From the human T2T-CHM13v2.0 reference genome, Homo sapiens, in NCBI RefSeq assembly GCF_009914755.1, contig NC_060941.1: a stretch of 64,000 nucleotides of DNA. One strand, given 5' to 3'. Both the position numbers and the translations under genes were made by a program. The notes beneath the pieces were generated by a model. It was not told where the DNA came from. It saw only the letters and a list, made by a program, of their open reading frames with translations, and searched no databases. Positions 13,163-26,650 of this stretch are shown piece after piece; position 1 is the first letter of the stretch; every line of letters starts with the position of its first letter.

Positions 13163-14952
13163 CCAAGTGTGCAGGGTGGCTATACTTACATCAGATAAAA
13201 TGGACTTTAATTCAAAAGCTGTTACAAGAAACAAAGAAGGTCATTACATAGTGACAAAATGGTTGATTCCATAGGAATATATAACAATTATAAATATACA
13301 TGTACCAAACATCAGAGCACCTAACTATATAAAGCAAACATTGACAGATTTTAAGGGATACATAAAAGCAGTACAGTAATAGGAGACTTTCCATAAAGGA
13401 TTTATAATCTGAACAGAAGATCAATAAGGAAACACCAGATCTGAACAATGCCATAAACCAATGTATGAGTCAGACATGTACAAAACATTCCACCCAACAG
13501 CAGCAGAAAACACATTCTTCTAAAACAGACATGGAACATTTTCCAAGAAAAATCACATGCTAGGTTACAAAATAATTGTTAACAAACTTAAGAAGATTGA
13601 AATCATTCTGTGTGCCATTTCTGGCTATTAAAAAATGAAAAATGAATTCAATAACAATAGGAAAATTATAGATTATATGAAATTTAAACACTCCTGAACA
13701 ACTATTGACTCAAAGAAGAAATTAAAAAGAAAATTAAAAAATATTTCAGGGAAAACAATGAAAATAAACACAACATACAAAAACTTACAAGTTGCAGCAA
13801 ATGCAGTACTAAGAGGGAAATTGACAGTGAGAAACTTACATTATGAAAGAAGAAAGATCTCAAATAAACAACCTAACTTTACACTTAAGGAAGTAAAAAA
13901 TAAGACATTAAACCCAAAGTTAGCAGAAGGAAGAAAATCATAAAGAATAGAGCAGAAATAAATGAAACAGAAAATAATTACAAAAATAGACTAAAGTAGA
14001 CATTGGGAAAAAATGTGAAAAAATTAACAAACTCTTAGCTAGAATCATTTTTAACATAAGAAATACTCAAACAAAATCAGAAGGGGTGAAATTTCTATTA
14101 TCTATGGCCATGGAAATTAAAGAAGGTCAGAAAGAATTATTATAAACAATTGCAAGCCAATTAATTGGACAGCCTATAAGAAACTGATAAATTTCTAGAA
14201 ACACACAACCTTTCAACCTGAATAAGAAGTAGAAAGCCTGAACAGTCCAATAACAAATAAGAAGACTGAATCAGTAATTTAAAAAACAAACTTTCAAACG
14301 ATAAAAGAAACATGAACGGATGGATTCACAGGTAATTTCTACCAAATATCTAAAGAAGAATTAATACCCAAACTTCTTAAATTCTTCCAAAAATAATAGT
14401 AGGAAACACTTCCAAACTCATTTAATGACACCAGCATCACTCTGATACCCAAGCCAGACAAAGACACCACAAGAAAGGAAAACACAGACCAATATCTCTT
14501 ATGAACATAGATTCAAATACTCAGTAAAATATAAACAAACCAAATTCAACAGCACAATAAAGGATCATACACCACAGCCAAGTAGGATTTATCCCTGGAT
14601 GCAAGGTTGATTTGACATACACAAATCAATCAATATAACATACCACACTAACAGAATGAAGGATAAAAACTACATGATTATATCCATAGATGCAGAGAAG
14701 GCATTTGACAAAATTCAAAACCATTTCAAGATGAAGACTCTCAACTAATTAGGTACAGAAGTCACTTACCTCAACACAATAAAGGCCATATATGAAAAGC
14801 CCACAGTGAGCATCATTCTCAGTAAAGGATAACTGAGAGCTTTTCTTCTAAGATTTGGAAGAAAGCAAGGATGCTATGTTGGCACTTCTATTCAACATAA
14901 TACTGGAAGTCCTAGCCAGATCAATTAGGAAACAAACAAACAAAAAGACATC

Positions 14953-15233
14953 AACTAACACAGGAACGGAAAGCCAAACAACGCATGTTCTCACTCATAA
15001 GTGGGAGCTGAACAATGAGAACACGTGGACACAGGGAGGGGAACATCACACACCGGGGCCTGTCAGCGCGTCGGGGACTAGGGGAGGGATAGCATTAGAA
15101 GAAATACCTAATGTAGACGACGGGTTGTTGGGTGCAGCAAACCACCATGGCACGTGTATACCTATGTAACAAATGTGCCCGTTCTGCACTTGTATCCCAG
15201 GACTTAAAGTACAATAATAAAAAAAGAAGATAA
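14953..15233 (+). mobile_element. Short L1PA 3' end
   Basis: L1PA 3'UTR plus poly(A), TSD aaaaagacatc. Confidence 0.9.
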
Positions 15234-15882
15234 AAAAAGACATCCAAGTCAGAACAAAATAAAATTATTTATAATCTTATATGTAGAAACCCATAAAGAC
15301 ACCACAAAATAAACTGTTAGAATGAATTAACAAATTCAATAAAGTTGCAGGATATAAAATCAATGTATAAAAATCAGACATATAGACCTTATACACACAC
15401 ACAAACACACACACAAATATATTAGTCATAAAAAGAAGTAAATCCTGCTATTTGTGATATGGATGAACCTGGAGAACATTATACTAAGCAAAATAAGCCA
15501 CACAAAGAAAGACAAAAACTGCAGGACCTCACCTATATGTGGAATCTGAAGACGTATAGCTCAGAGTTAGAGAGTAGAAGGATCCTTACCAGAGGCTGGG
15601 AAGGATAGTGGTGGGGGGAGATGGCTAATGGGTACAAAAAATCGTCAGAATGAATAAGGCCCAGGACAGGGTGATTATAGTCAATAATAATTTAATTGTA
15701 CGTTGTAAAATAACTAAAAGGGTATAATTGGATTGTTTGTAACACAAAGGATAAATACTTGAGGGAACGGATACCCCATTTTCCATGATGTAATTATGAT
15801 ACATTGCCTGCTTGTATCAAAGCGTCTCATGTACCCCATAAATATATACATGTACTATGAACTCACAAAAATTAAAAATTAA

Positions 15883-16179
<297 letters not shown>

Positions 16180-16361
16180 TAAAGATTTTTTTAAAAGTAT
16201 AGCTCACAGAAGCAGACTAAAAGAGTGGTTACCAGAGGTCAGGCATGGATGAATTGGGGAAGCATTGGTGAAAGGGTAAAAACTTCCAGTTATGAGCAAG
16301 TTCTGGAGAGCTAATATATAGCACGGTAACTACAGTTTGTTGTTGGTGGTGGTGGTGGTGG

Positions 16362-16648
16362 TGTTTTAGAGGCAAGGTCTTGCTCTGTCACCCAAGCTGG
16401 AGTGCAGTGGCAGGATCATAGTTCACTGTAGCCCCCAACTCCTGGGTTAAAGCAATTCTCCTACCTTAGCCTCCCAAGTAGCTAAGATTACAGGCACACA
16501 TCGCCATGCCTAATTATTTATTAATTTCTCTAGAGATGGGGTCTCACTATGTTGCCTAGGCTGGTCTCAAACTGCTGGCCTCAAGTAATCCTCCCGCCCT
16601 AGCCTCCTAAAGTGCTAAGATTACAGGCCTGAGCCACCACACCCAGTC
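16362..16648 (-). mobile_element. AluJ
   Basis: Diverged antisense Alu. Confidence 0.85.
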
Positions 16649-17229
16649 TATAGCCAATAATACTATGTTACATAGTCAAAATTTGCAAAGAGAATAGATC
16701 TAGTGTATTCTCACACCAAAATAAGAGTAACTGTGTGAAATGATGGATATGCTAATTAGCTTGATTGTGCTGATCATTTACAAGAGATATATATTACATA
16801 TATCAAAACAGCATATATAAACCTTAAATAATTTTTATTTGTTAGTTATACCTCAATAAAGATATGAAAAAACCATTTACACAACAATGCAGTATGGAAA
16901 GGATGGTCTTTTCAATAAATGGCACTGGGTCAGCTGGAGATTCCTATTTGTAGGATAAAAATATATCTTGACCTATACCTCATCTGACATAAAAACCAGT
17001 TTTAGATTGATGGTAAATCTAAATGTGAGTGGTAAAACAATACATCTTTTAGCAGAAAACAAAAAAAAGAACATTGGCAAATATTACTTTTAAAGGATGC
17101 AAAAAGCAATAATTCTGAAACAAAAATTGATAAATTGGACTACATTAAAATTAAAATCTTCTGTTTCTCAAAAGCCACCATTAGTTGCATAAAAGCCAAC
17201 CCACAAACTTGACACATTTAATCTTTCTA

Positions 17230-17309
17230 TTAGGTTGGGGCAAAAGTAATTACGGTTTTTGCCATTAAAAGCAATGGCAAAAACCGCAGTCACTTTTGCC
17301 CCAACCTAA
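17230..17309. mobile_element. MADE1 (Hsmar1-derived 80-bp MITE)
   Basis: TTAGGTTGG…CCAACCTAA palindrome of exactly 80 bp with TA flanks. Confidence 0.93.
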
Positions 17310-17572
17310 TACAAGCATTTGCGAAGACTCACAAAACATGTAAGGAAATACAAACCAACATAAAAAGATAACCTGATAGAAAAATAAGCAAAATACTTGA
17401 ATGGGTAATTTACACAAGAAGATACATGGTAGACAGATGACAAAGAGAGATGATAGATAGACAAACAGCCATGTAAGAAAGTACTTAACCGCATTACTCA
17501 ACATGAAAATACAAATTATAACCATAAACAATACCACTACACACACACCAAAATATCTTCAGATACCAACTT

Positions 17573-17708
17573 ATAGGAGATATACCTAATGCTAAATGAC
17601 GAGTTAATGGGTGCAGCACACCAGCATGGCACACGTATACATATGTAACTAACCTGCACATTGTGCACATGTACCCTAAAACTTACAAGTATAATAATAA
17701 AAAAAAAA
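17573..17708 (+). mobile_element. Very short young L1PA 3' end inside an old L1
   Basis: …cagcatggcacacgtatacatatgtaactaacctgcac… followed by poly(A). Confidence 0.88.
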
Positions 17709-18680
17709 TTTGGAGCAACCAGAACCCTCATACACTGCGCGGGGAAATTAAAATGGAGACACGTGTTTGGAAAACTGTTTAGCCCTGTTGACTACACAAA
17801 AGTCTGCCCTAGGTTACAGAAATTCAAAGCCAGGTATGTATTTCCAACAGAAACGTGCATCTGCCCTTTTCAGAACACGCCCAACTGGCTACTAATGTCT
17901 ATCAATGGTTAAATGCATTTATTAAATGGTACATTCACACAATACAATGTTAAACAGCAATAAATATGAGCAATAATATACAACCACATACAACAGTGTG
18001 GCTGAATCACACATATATAAGGTTGAGTGAAAGAAGCAGATACAAAAGAGAACAAACTGTATGATTTAATGTAAAGTACAAAAATGAATAAAGCTAATTT
18101 ATGCTATTAGGAGTCAAGATACTGATTACCCGCGTAGGAACAGGGACTACAGAGGAAAATGAGGTGACTTCTGGAGGGCCAGTAATGTGTTTTCATCTGA
18201 GTGCTTGTTACTCATTATGACTGTTCGATTTGTAAAAGTCGCTGACAACATTTTCAGGTTTCATTTTATTTTCTAAGACACCATAAGCATGACTGTTTTA
18301 ATCTGTGTCTAATAATTATATTATCTGGAGTCCCTATATGCCTCCCATCTGCTGGTTCTTGCTGTTGGAATCCTTCATCCTTGTGTGTCTTATCTTCAGA
18401 TGTATGTTGGATATTGTGCTTGAGAAAGTATTAAGAGAAGTAATTTGAGCTCAAGGGGGCATTGTTCCTCCGAATAGGATTTTTTTTTCAATTGCTTTTG
18501 CTTAAAACTTGGGGTCACTAGAAGTCTAGATCATCCTAATCGAAGTTTAGTACTTCAGATTTTCCAGACCTCTGATAAGTCAAAGCCAGGCTGCAATACG
18601 TATGAGATCTGCTTTATCCCTGACTGACTCCCAGCGTGTGTTTTAGGATTGCTGCGCAGTAAGGAGCTGGTTTACTTCTC

Positions 18681-19112
18681 GTAAACAAGACTCATTTCTC
18701 AAGGTCCTTGCCTCTAGATAATAACATTGGAGCAATTATCCATGTTCATCTCAAGAGGCTACCTTGGGATTGTATCTCCAGGGCCGCTCCAAAACTGATA
18801 AGGTCTGATACAGTCCCTGTTTAGTCCTTTCCATCGTGAATCTGGGATCCCAGCATCAGTTCTCAAATCCCCCCAGGCTCATCAGGGCATAAAGAGCCTC
18901 AAATTCTGTCTCCTCTTTTGCAGGGACTGAAGATGCAGGTAACAAGTTCTCTGCTCTTTACATTTAGCAAATAGGACAAGTCAGCAAGTTCTATTCAGGA
19001 AATAATGCATTGTAGTCTCTTATGTCCTTACTGAATTTTCATCCTGTAGAGCAGGAACGTGGAGGCAGCCGAACCAGTGAACTCTGAGAGCAGCACAGAG
19101 CAGTGGGTAAGG
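18681..19112 (+). promoter_or_regulatory. Putative OR1D4 promoter and 5' non-coding exon ending at a splice donor (TGG|GTAAGG, GT at 19107)
   Basis: Non-repeat block homologous to 48025-48445 upstream of the paralogue. Contains CAATTA (homeodomain) and O/E(Ebf)-like sites (TCTCAAGG, TCTCAAGAG, CCTTGGGA, TCTCCAGGG). The donor is conserved in both copies. Confidence 0.55.
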
Positions 19113-21474
19113 TGCGTCCGCCTCAGGCTCATGCTCCTTCTCCCTCTTCCCTCTTATCTTCTCCTCCATTTTCTCTCATATTTGTGGGATAAAAAATATA
19201 TCTTGACCTATACCTCACCTGATACAAAAATTAGTTTTAAATTGATAGTGAATCTAAATGTGAATAGTAAAACAATAAATCTTTTAGCAGAAAATATAAA
19301 AAAGGACATTGGCAAAGATTTAGCAAAGATTTCTTTTAAAGGATGCAAAAAGCAAACATACTCACATCTTCATAATCTAACTGCTAAGGGTTTAAGGTAA
19401 GATAACAATTCCTCCAATCCTTTTGGCACTCTGCAGTTTTCACGGGCTCACTGGCACCCGCCCTGCTGCCTGTGATTCTCACAACCTACAAGAATGCCCA
19501 CATGGTGGCTCTGGGGGACTGACTGCCCAACTCAAAGTCCTACAGCTGGGGAGCAACAGAGGCGGCACAAAGGCCAGTGTCCCAACAGCAAGCTTGCAGC
19601 ACTTTTCTGTAACACACGCACACTCGCTGTCCTCTCCCCCAGGCCGCGCTACGTAGGAGTTTGTGTCTCTACGGCCTTCACACCGCACGAGCGTTCAGAA
19701 CCCGCTGACTCTTCTGGGCTGACAGCAGTGTTTCCCAAAGCATAGGATCAGAATCACTCGGGGCTCACTAAAAAGAACTTGGTCCTCAGAACAGAACCAG
19801 CACCTCCGAGAAGGGGCGGGAAAATCAGCTTTTTGTCTTGGAGCATCGCAGGTGATCCTAGTGCTCACTGCAGCGTGGCAGATGATACCTTTAGGGCGGG
19901 CGAGCAGAGGTGTCCAGTCCTCTGGGCAGCCTTGGTTTTCTGAAGTCCCATCACCTCCCTCCTACCTTCTCTCCTGTTGGGAAGATGTCCCACCCAGAAG
20001 GCGGGAAGGAAGTAGTTTCTTCTGGGGTCTAAGAAGGTGGAAGCCGTTTCTCTCCATGGCAGAAACAGAGGTGGTGGGCGAGTGTGCTCAGGATTGGGGC
20101 CCTGCAGGGAATCACCACGGTGTTGCTTTTCATGCTCAGGTCACGTAGGGGCCTTGGGGTGATCTCAGGGATGAGCCCATCAGCTCCCTCTTTTTCATTG
20201 TAACCGCTTTTCTAAGAGGCAAGCAGAGCTTTGGTCATGGGCTCATCTCTGCCGTCAAATCGCTCTGACTTTGCGCAGATCTCTTCGGATCAAGGCTGCA
20301 CGTTAAGTTCTGGAGTGTGGGAAATAAACGGGCTCGTTTGTGCTTAGAGCCGTAAGACAACTAACAGATAAGAGATGTGGGAAGCTGTAGATACAAAGAG
20401 TCTCCGGAGCATGTGCTCAGGGTTACTCCCACTTTCACTGAAATGCCAGAGGACCACTCCATCATGAATGTGTAATTTGGAATCTTATTGCTAAAAAAGG
20501 CCTTAACCAGCACTTACTTCCACTAAATGCTCCAATTGGCTCTGAAACGATCGCTCAGCCCATGGCATCGTGCAGCCTTTCTAGTCCCTTCTGTGACGGG
20601 GAGTTCACCTCCTTCCCAGTGCCCTTCGCTGGCCCGGTACTTAAGTCTTCTGGGTGACAGCCTGGCTCCTATTTCTCTCTCTCTCTCTCTCTGCCCCCTG
20701 GTTTCTGACCGAGGCAGTGCTTATCCCTTTGTATGGGAAGCCCATCATAACATGTCCCCCATCTGTCTCCCATGTAGCTGCACCAAGTGTCCGGACACGA
20801 TTACGTCCCAACCCTGACATCCTGGACCACTCCCTGCAGACCCCAGGGTGGACTGAGGGATCCCAGGGTGCCTGAGTAGGGGGCAGAACCAGGTCCAGGA
20901 TGGAGAACAGTTTCCTGCTGGAGTAGGGTGGGAGACAGAAGCTTGAGGAAATGGTTAAACAGGACTCCCTTTGCCATCCCCATAACAGCACCTCCCATTT
21001 AAAATCAGCTTTCAAGCTAGAGAACTCCTTCCACATTCAGGATTTCAGCTCTTAACGTTGCATAAAGTAGACATTATTGCTGTCCTTTAACACGCGGTCG
21101 AGTAGTTGGGGCATCAGCTTTGAGTCAGTAAAGAGGGTTAAATACTGACCCCATTCTTTTACAAGCTGAGTAACTGTAAAAAGATTATTGCTCTTCTAAT
21201 TCTTGGTGGAATCATCTCTCATAGAGCCAAATAGTTCCGTGTGTGGGATAAATAAAAGACCTTAATATAGATAAGGCACGTAAGCACATTCTCTGTCCAA
21301 GTGCTCAGAAATGAGGAGTTATTTGCCGGGGGTGGGTGGAGTGGGGGGAAACGTTGTATGCGTTAATCTAGGATTTGAATCCACACTTCTGCCTCAAACT
21401 TTCCTTTCAGTATACCACTGACCCTAGATATCAGGGAAATCAAATCTGTAAATTGAGATTTAAAAGTCCATTCA

Positions 21475-21792
<318 letters not shown>

Positions 21793-23149
21793 CACATTCA
21801 TTTGCTAAATGCTTGCCTGCCCCATCCTACCTCCACTAAAGCTTGTAGCTCCAACTTACTTTAACCTTCTACATTGCTCACAGTCCCCACATCAACATTT
21901 TCTTACCCAGCTGCTACTTCAAATTTATCCTGTTCAAGACTGAATTTGCAGAACGCGCTCCACATTGCCCTGGCATCAGCTAGTTCCCTAAGCAACCACA
22001 TTTTCATCGATACATAGGCGCCAGGTCTCATGACTCTTGTCCATTCATTTATGTCAAATGCATGAAATGTCTACTATTCTATACAGTTTAGTTCAACCTT
22101 GTTTTACTGATCTCTACATTATGCCTGGCATTGTGCAAGATCCTGAGGATGCAGGAATTCAGAGTAATGTCCCTACCCTTGAGACTCTCTCAGTCTTGCA
22201 GAGAATGGATAGTTAAGCAAAATGTGCAAAGGGTCAATCCGAAAAAGAATACAAAGGCCCAAAACAGTGCAGAAACTGGAGTGGTTACCTCTGGGGTGGG
22301 AGATGTCAGGAGGAGGAGACGCTTAAGCAGGTGCTAGAGCAGGTCTTACCAGGCTGACAATTGAAGGAAAAAAATTCAGTCTGGAAAAGCAGAATGAAGA
22401 AAGCATATTTGGTGAAAAGGAACAATCAGTATGAAGGACAGAGACAAAATATTTTGTGTATTCTAGAACCATACAAACTGCAAAGGCACTGCTAGAGTAG
22501 AGAGTGGAGGTCAGGCAAGCAGGAGAGTCCACTGGGGCTGAAGCATCCTGGGCCTTGACCGCCTGGCCATAAACTTGAGCTATTGTGGGGGAAATGGGGA
22601 GCCTCAGCTACCGTAGGGAAAATACACGATAAATTTGTCCGGAAGCATGCTTCATGCTCAGGCAGAGGTGAGCACTCTACCTCGGCTTTCCTGGTATGTT
22701 CCTGTGGTTGTTCTTGGAGCAAAAGCTCACGATGGGAGTCTCCAAAGGCTGCTCTGTCCGTCCAAGTGGGAACTGCAAGTTAGTCCTGCCTCCTATCCAC
22801 CATTTTTCCTACACTCCCCGAGTCCCTTAAGTTTTGGAAAGTTGTATCTTCACTTTCATTTATCTTTTGTTTCTGTTGCTTCTTTGATTCATTGGTTATT
22901 TTGGAGGATGGTGTTTGATTACCAAAAATATGTGAGTTTTCTCCATTTTTTCTTCTTTCCATCGCAAATTTCATTCCTTTGTAATTGAAGTACACACTTT
23001 GTGTTATTTCCATCTGTTGAATATCATTGAGGTTTGTTTTATGCCCTTGCATATGGTCTGTCTGGGGGAATATTCCAAGGATGGCTGAAAAGAATCTTGT
23101 TCTATTTTGAGGTGCAGTTTTCTATAGATATCTGTTAGGGATACTCCAT

Positions 23150-25419
23150 TTGACATCTCTGTGTAACATTTTGGTAATTCTCACAACATTTCAAACTTTG
23201 TCATCATGATTACATCTGTTATGCTCATCTGTGGCCAGTGATCTTTGACGTAACCATTGCCATTATTTGGGGGTGCCATGGACCACACCCACATAAGAAG
23301 TAGGACGGAATCGGTAAATGTCTTGTGTGTTCTGACTGCTGATCAGCGATTCCTCCATCTCTGATCAGCCATTCCTCCGTCTCTCTCCCTTTCCTCAGAC
23401 CTCCTTATTCTCAGACATATCAGTATTGAAATTAGGCCAGTTAGTAACTCTACAAAGGCCTCTAGGTGTACAAGTGAAAGGAGAGTCACATGCCTCTCAC
23501 TTTAAATCAAAAGCCAGAAATGATTAAGCTGGTTGAAAAAGACAATCGAAAGCAGAGATAGGTCAACAGCTAGACCTCTTGTACAAAACAGTTAGCCAAA
23601 TTGTCAATGCAAAGGAAAAGTTCTTGAAGGAAATTAAAAAGTGCTACTCTACTGCACACACAAATGACAAGAGAGTGAAACAGACTTCTAGCTGATATGG
23701 AGAAAGTTTTAGTGGTCTGGATAGAAGCTCAAACCCGCAATAACATTCCCTTAGGCCAAGGTCTAATACAGAGCAAGTTCCTAATTCTCTTCAGTTCTGC
23801 AGAGGCTGAGACAACTAAGAAAGCTGCAGAAGAAAATGTGAAGCTAGAAAAAGTTGGCTCCTAAGGTTAAAGGAAAGCAGCCCTCTCCATAACATAAAAG
23901 TGCAAGGTGAAGCAGAAAGTGATGATGTAGAAGCTGCAACGAGTTATCCAGAAGATCTAGATGAGATAACTGACGATGGTGAGTACATTAAACAACAGAT
24001 TTTCAATGTAAACAAATCTGCTTTCTCCTGGAAAAAGATGTCATCTAGGACTTTCATAGCTAGAGAAGAGAAGTCAATGCCTGGCTTCAAAGTTTCAAAG
24101 ACAGGCTGATTCTCTTGTTATGAGCGAATACAGCTGGTGACTAAGTTGAAGCCAGTACTCACTAACCATTTCAAAACTCTTAGGGCCCTTAAGAATTAGG
24201 CTAAATCTATTCTGCTTGTGCTCTATAAATGCAACAACAAAGCCTGAATGACAGCACATCTGTTTATAACATGGTTTACTGAGTATCTTAAGCCACTGTT
24301 GAGATCTACTACTCAGAAAATAATATTCCTTTCAAAGTATTATGTTCATGGTCACCCAAGCACTCTGATGACAATGTGCAAGAAGGTTGATGCTGTTTTC
24401 ATGTCTCTAGCACAATATCCATTCTGCAGCCCAGGGATCAAGGAGTAATTTTTACTTTCAAGACTTATGATTATATAAGAAACACATTTTGTAAGGCTAC
24501 AGATGCCATAGATAGTGATTCCTCTGATGGATCTGGGCAAAGTAAGGGAAAGCTTGGAAAGGATTCACCATTGTAGATGCCATTAAGAAATTCATGATTC
24601 ATGGGAGGAGGTCAAAATATCAACATTAATAGGAGTTGGGAAAAGTTGATTCCAATGCTCATGGATGAATTTGAGGAGTTCGAGACTTCGCTGGGAGGAA
24701 GAGTTCTGTAACTGCAGGTGTGATGGAAAGAGCAGAGAACAGAATTAGAAGTGGAGCCTGAAGATGTGACTGAAGAGCTACAATCTCGTAATAAAACTTG
24801 GACCGATGAGTAGTTGCTTCTTACGGATGAGCAAAGAAAGCAGTTTCTCGAGATGAACACCACTGCTGGTGAAGATGCTGTGAACACGGTTGAAATGACA
24901 ACAAAGAATACAGCATAGACATGAACTTATTTGATAAGGCAGTGGCAGAGTTTGAGAGGATGGCCTCCAATTTTGAAAGAAGTTCTACTGTAGGTAAAAT
25001 GTTGTCAGGCAGCATCGCATGCTACAGAGAAATGTTTCCTAAAGGGAAGAGTCAACTGATATGGCCAACTTTATCGTTCTTGTTTGAAGAAATTGCCAAA
25101 GCCACCCCAAACTTCAGCAACCACCACACTGGTAAGTCAGCAGCCGTCAGCATCAAGGTGAGATCTTCCACCAGCAAAAGGATTATAACTTGCTGAAGGG
25201 TCAGGTGATTGCTATCATTTCTCAGCAATAAGGTATTTTTAATTAAGGAATGTACATTTTTAGACATAATGCTCCTGCACACTTAATAGCCTACAGTATA
25301 GTGTCAATGTAACACGTATACACTGGGAAGCCACAACACTGTGTGATGCGCTTTATTGCAATATTTGCTCTATTGAGGTGATCTGGAATCAAACTCACAA
25401 TATCTCCAAGGTACGCCTG
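23150..25419 (+). mobile_element. Tigger1 DNA transposon, near full length, decayed pogo/CENP-B-like transposase
   Basis: Transposase remnants ([20 protein letters not shown]…[20 protein letters not shown]). 3' TIR …caatatctccaaggtacgcctg followed by TA. 5' end truncated. Confidence 0.9.
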
Positions 25420-25447
25420 TAGCTGGGTTGTTTTTTTTTAAATATTA

Positions 25448-25888
<441 letters not shown>

Positions 25889-26033
25889 TCACCAAAGTGT
25901 AAACAGTGGCTGCTCTGACAGAATTTGGGGCGACTTTTACTTATTGTATAAATTTTTTGGTATTGCTTTAATTGTTCACGTTGGAAATTTTTTGTCTATA
26001 ATCAATAGATTACAATATAGTTTTTTAGAGCCA

Positions 26034-26322
26034 TTTTTTTGAGACAGGGTCTTGCTCTGTTGCCCAGGCTGGAGGGCAGTGGCACAATCGTGGCTCACCG
26101 CAGCCTCGGCCTCCCAGGCTCAGGTGATCCTACCACCTCAGCCTCCCAAGTAGCTGGGACTACAGGCATCTGCAGCCACACCCAGTTAATTTTGTATTTT
26201 TAGTAGAGATGGGGTTTTGCCATGTTGCCCAGGCTGGGTCTGGAACTCCTGGGCCCAAATGATATGCATACCTCTGCCTCCCAAAGTGCTGGGATTACAG
26301 GCATGAGTCACTGCACCCTGCT
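26034..26322 (-). mobile_element. AluJ
   Basis: Antisense Alu dimer. Confidence 0.9.
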
Positions 26323-26353
26323 GAAGCTATTTTTATTTAGAAAAAGAATTCCA

Positions 26354-26650
26354 AGGCCAGGCTCAGTGGCTCATGACTATAATCAAACCACTTTGGGAAG
26401 ACAAGGCAGAAGGATTGCTGGAGGCCAGGAGTTGGAGACCAGCCTGGACAACATAGCGAGACCCTGTTTCTACAGAAAAAATTTAAATCAGCCAGCCATG
26501 GTGACACACGCCTGTGGTCTTAGCTACTCGGGAGGCTGAGGTGGGAGGATGGCTTGAGCTCAGGAGTTCAAGGCTACAGTGAGCTGTGATGACACTGCTG
26601 TACTCCAGGCTGGGCAACAGAGTGAGACCCAATCTCTAAATAAATAAATG
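26354..26650 (+). mobile_element. AluJ
   Basis: Alu dimer, TSD aaaaagaattc. Confidence 0.9.

Noticed and set aside
19455-19494. 40-bp block 37/40 identical to 48913-48952 (TRPAACDSHNLQE in both ORF tracks), suggesting a conserved micropeptide
   Set aside because: The context resembles a decayed MIR core shared through the duplication, and the surrounding ORFs are not conserved in start or length.
23900-25196. Possible domesticated TIGD-like transposase
   Set aside because: Multiple stops and frameshifts; an ordinary Tigger1 fossil.
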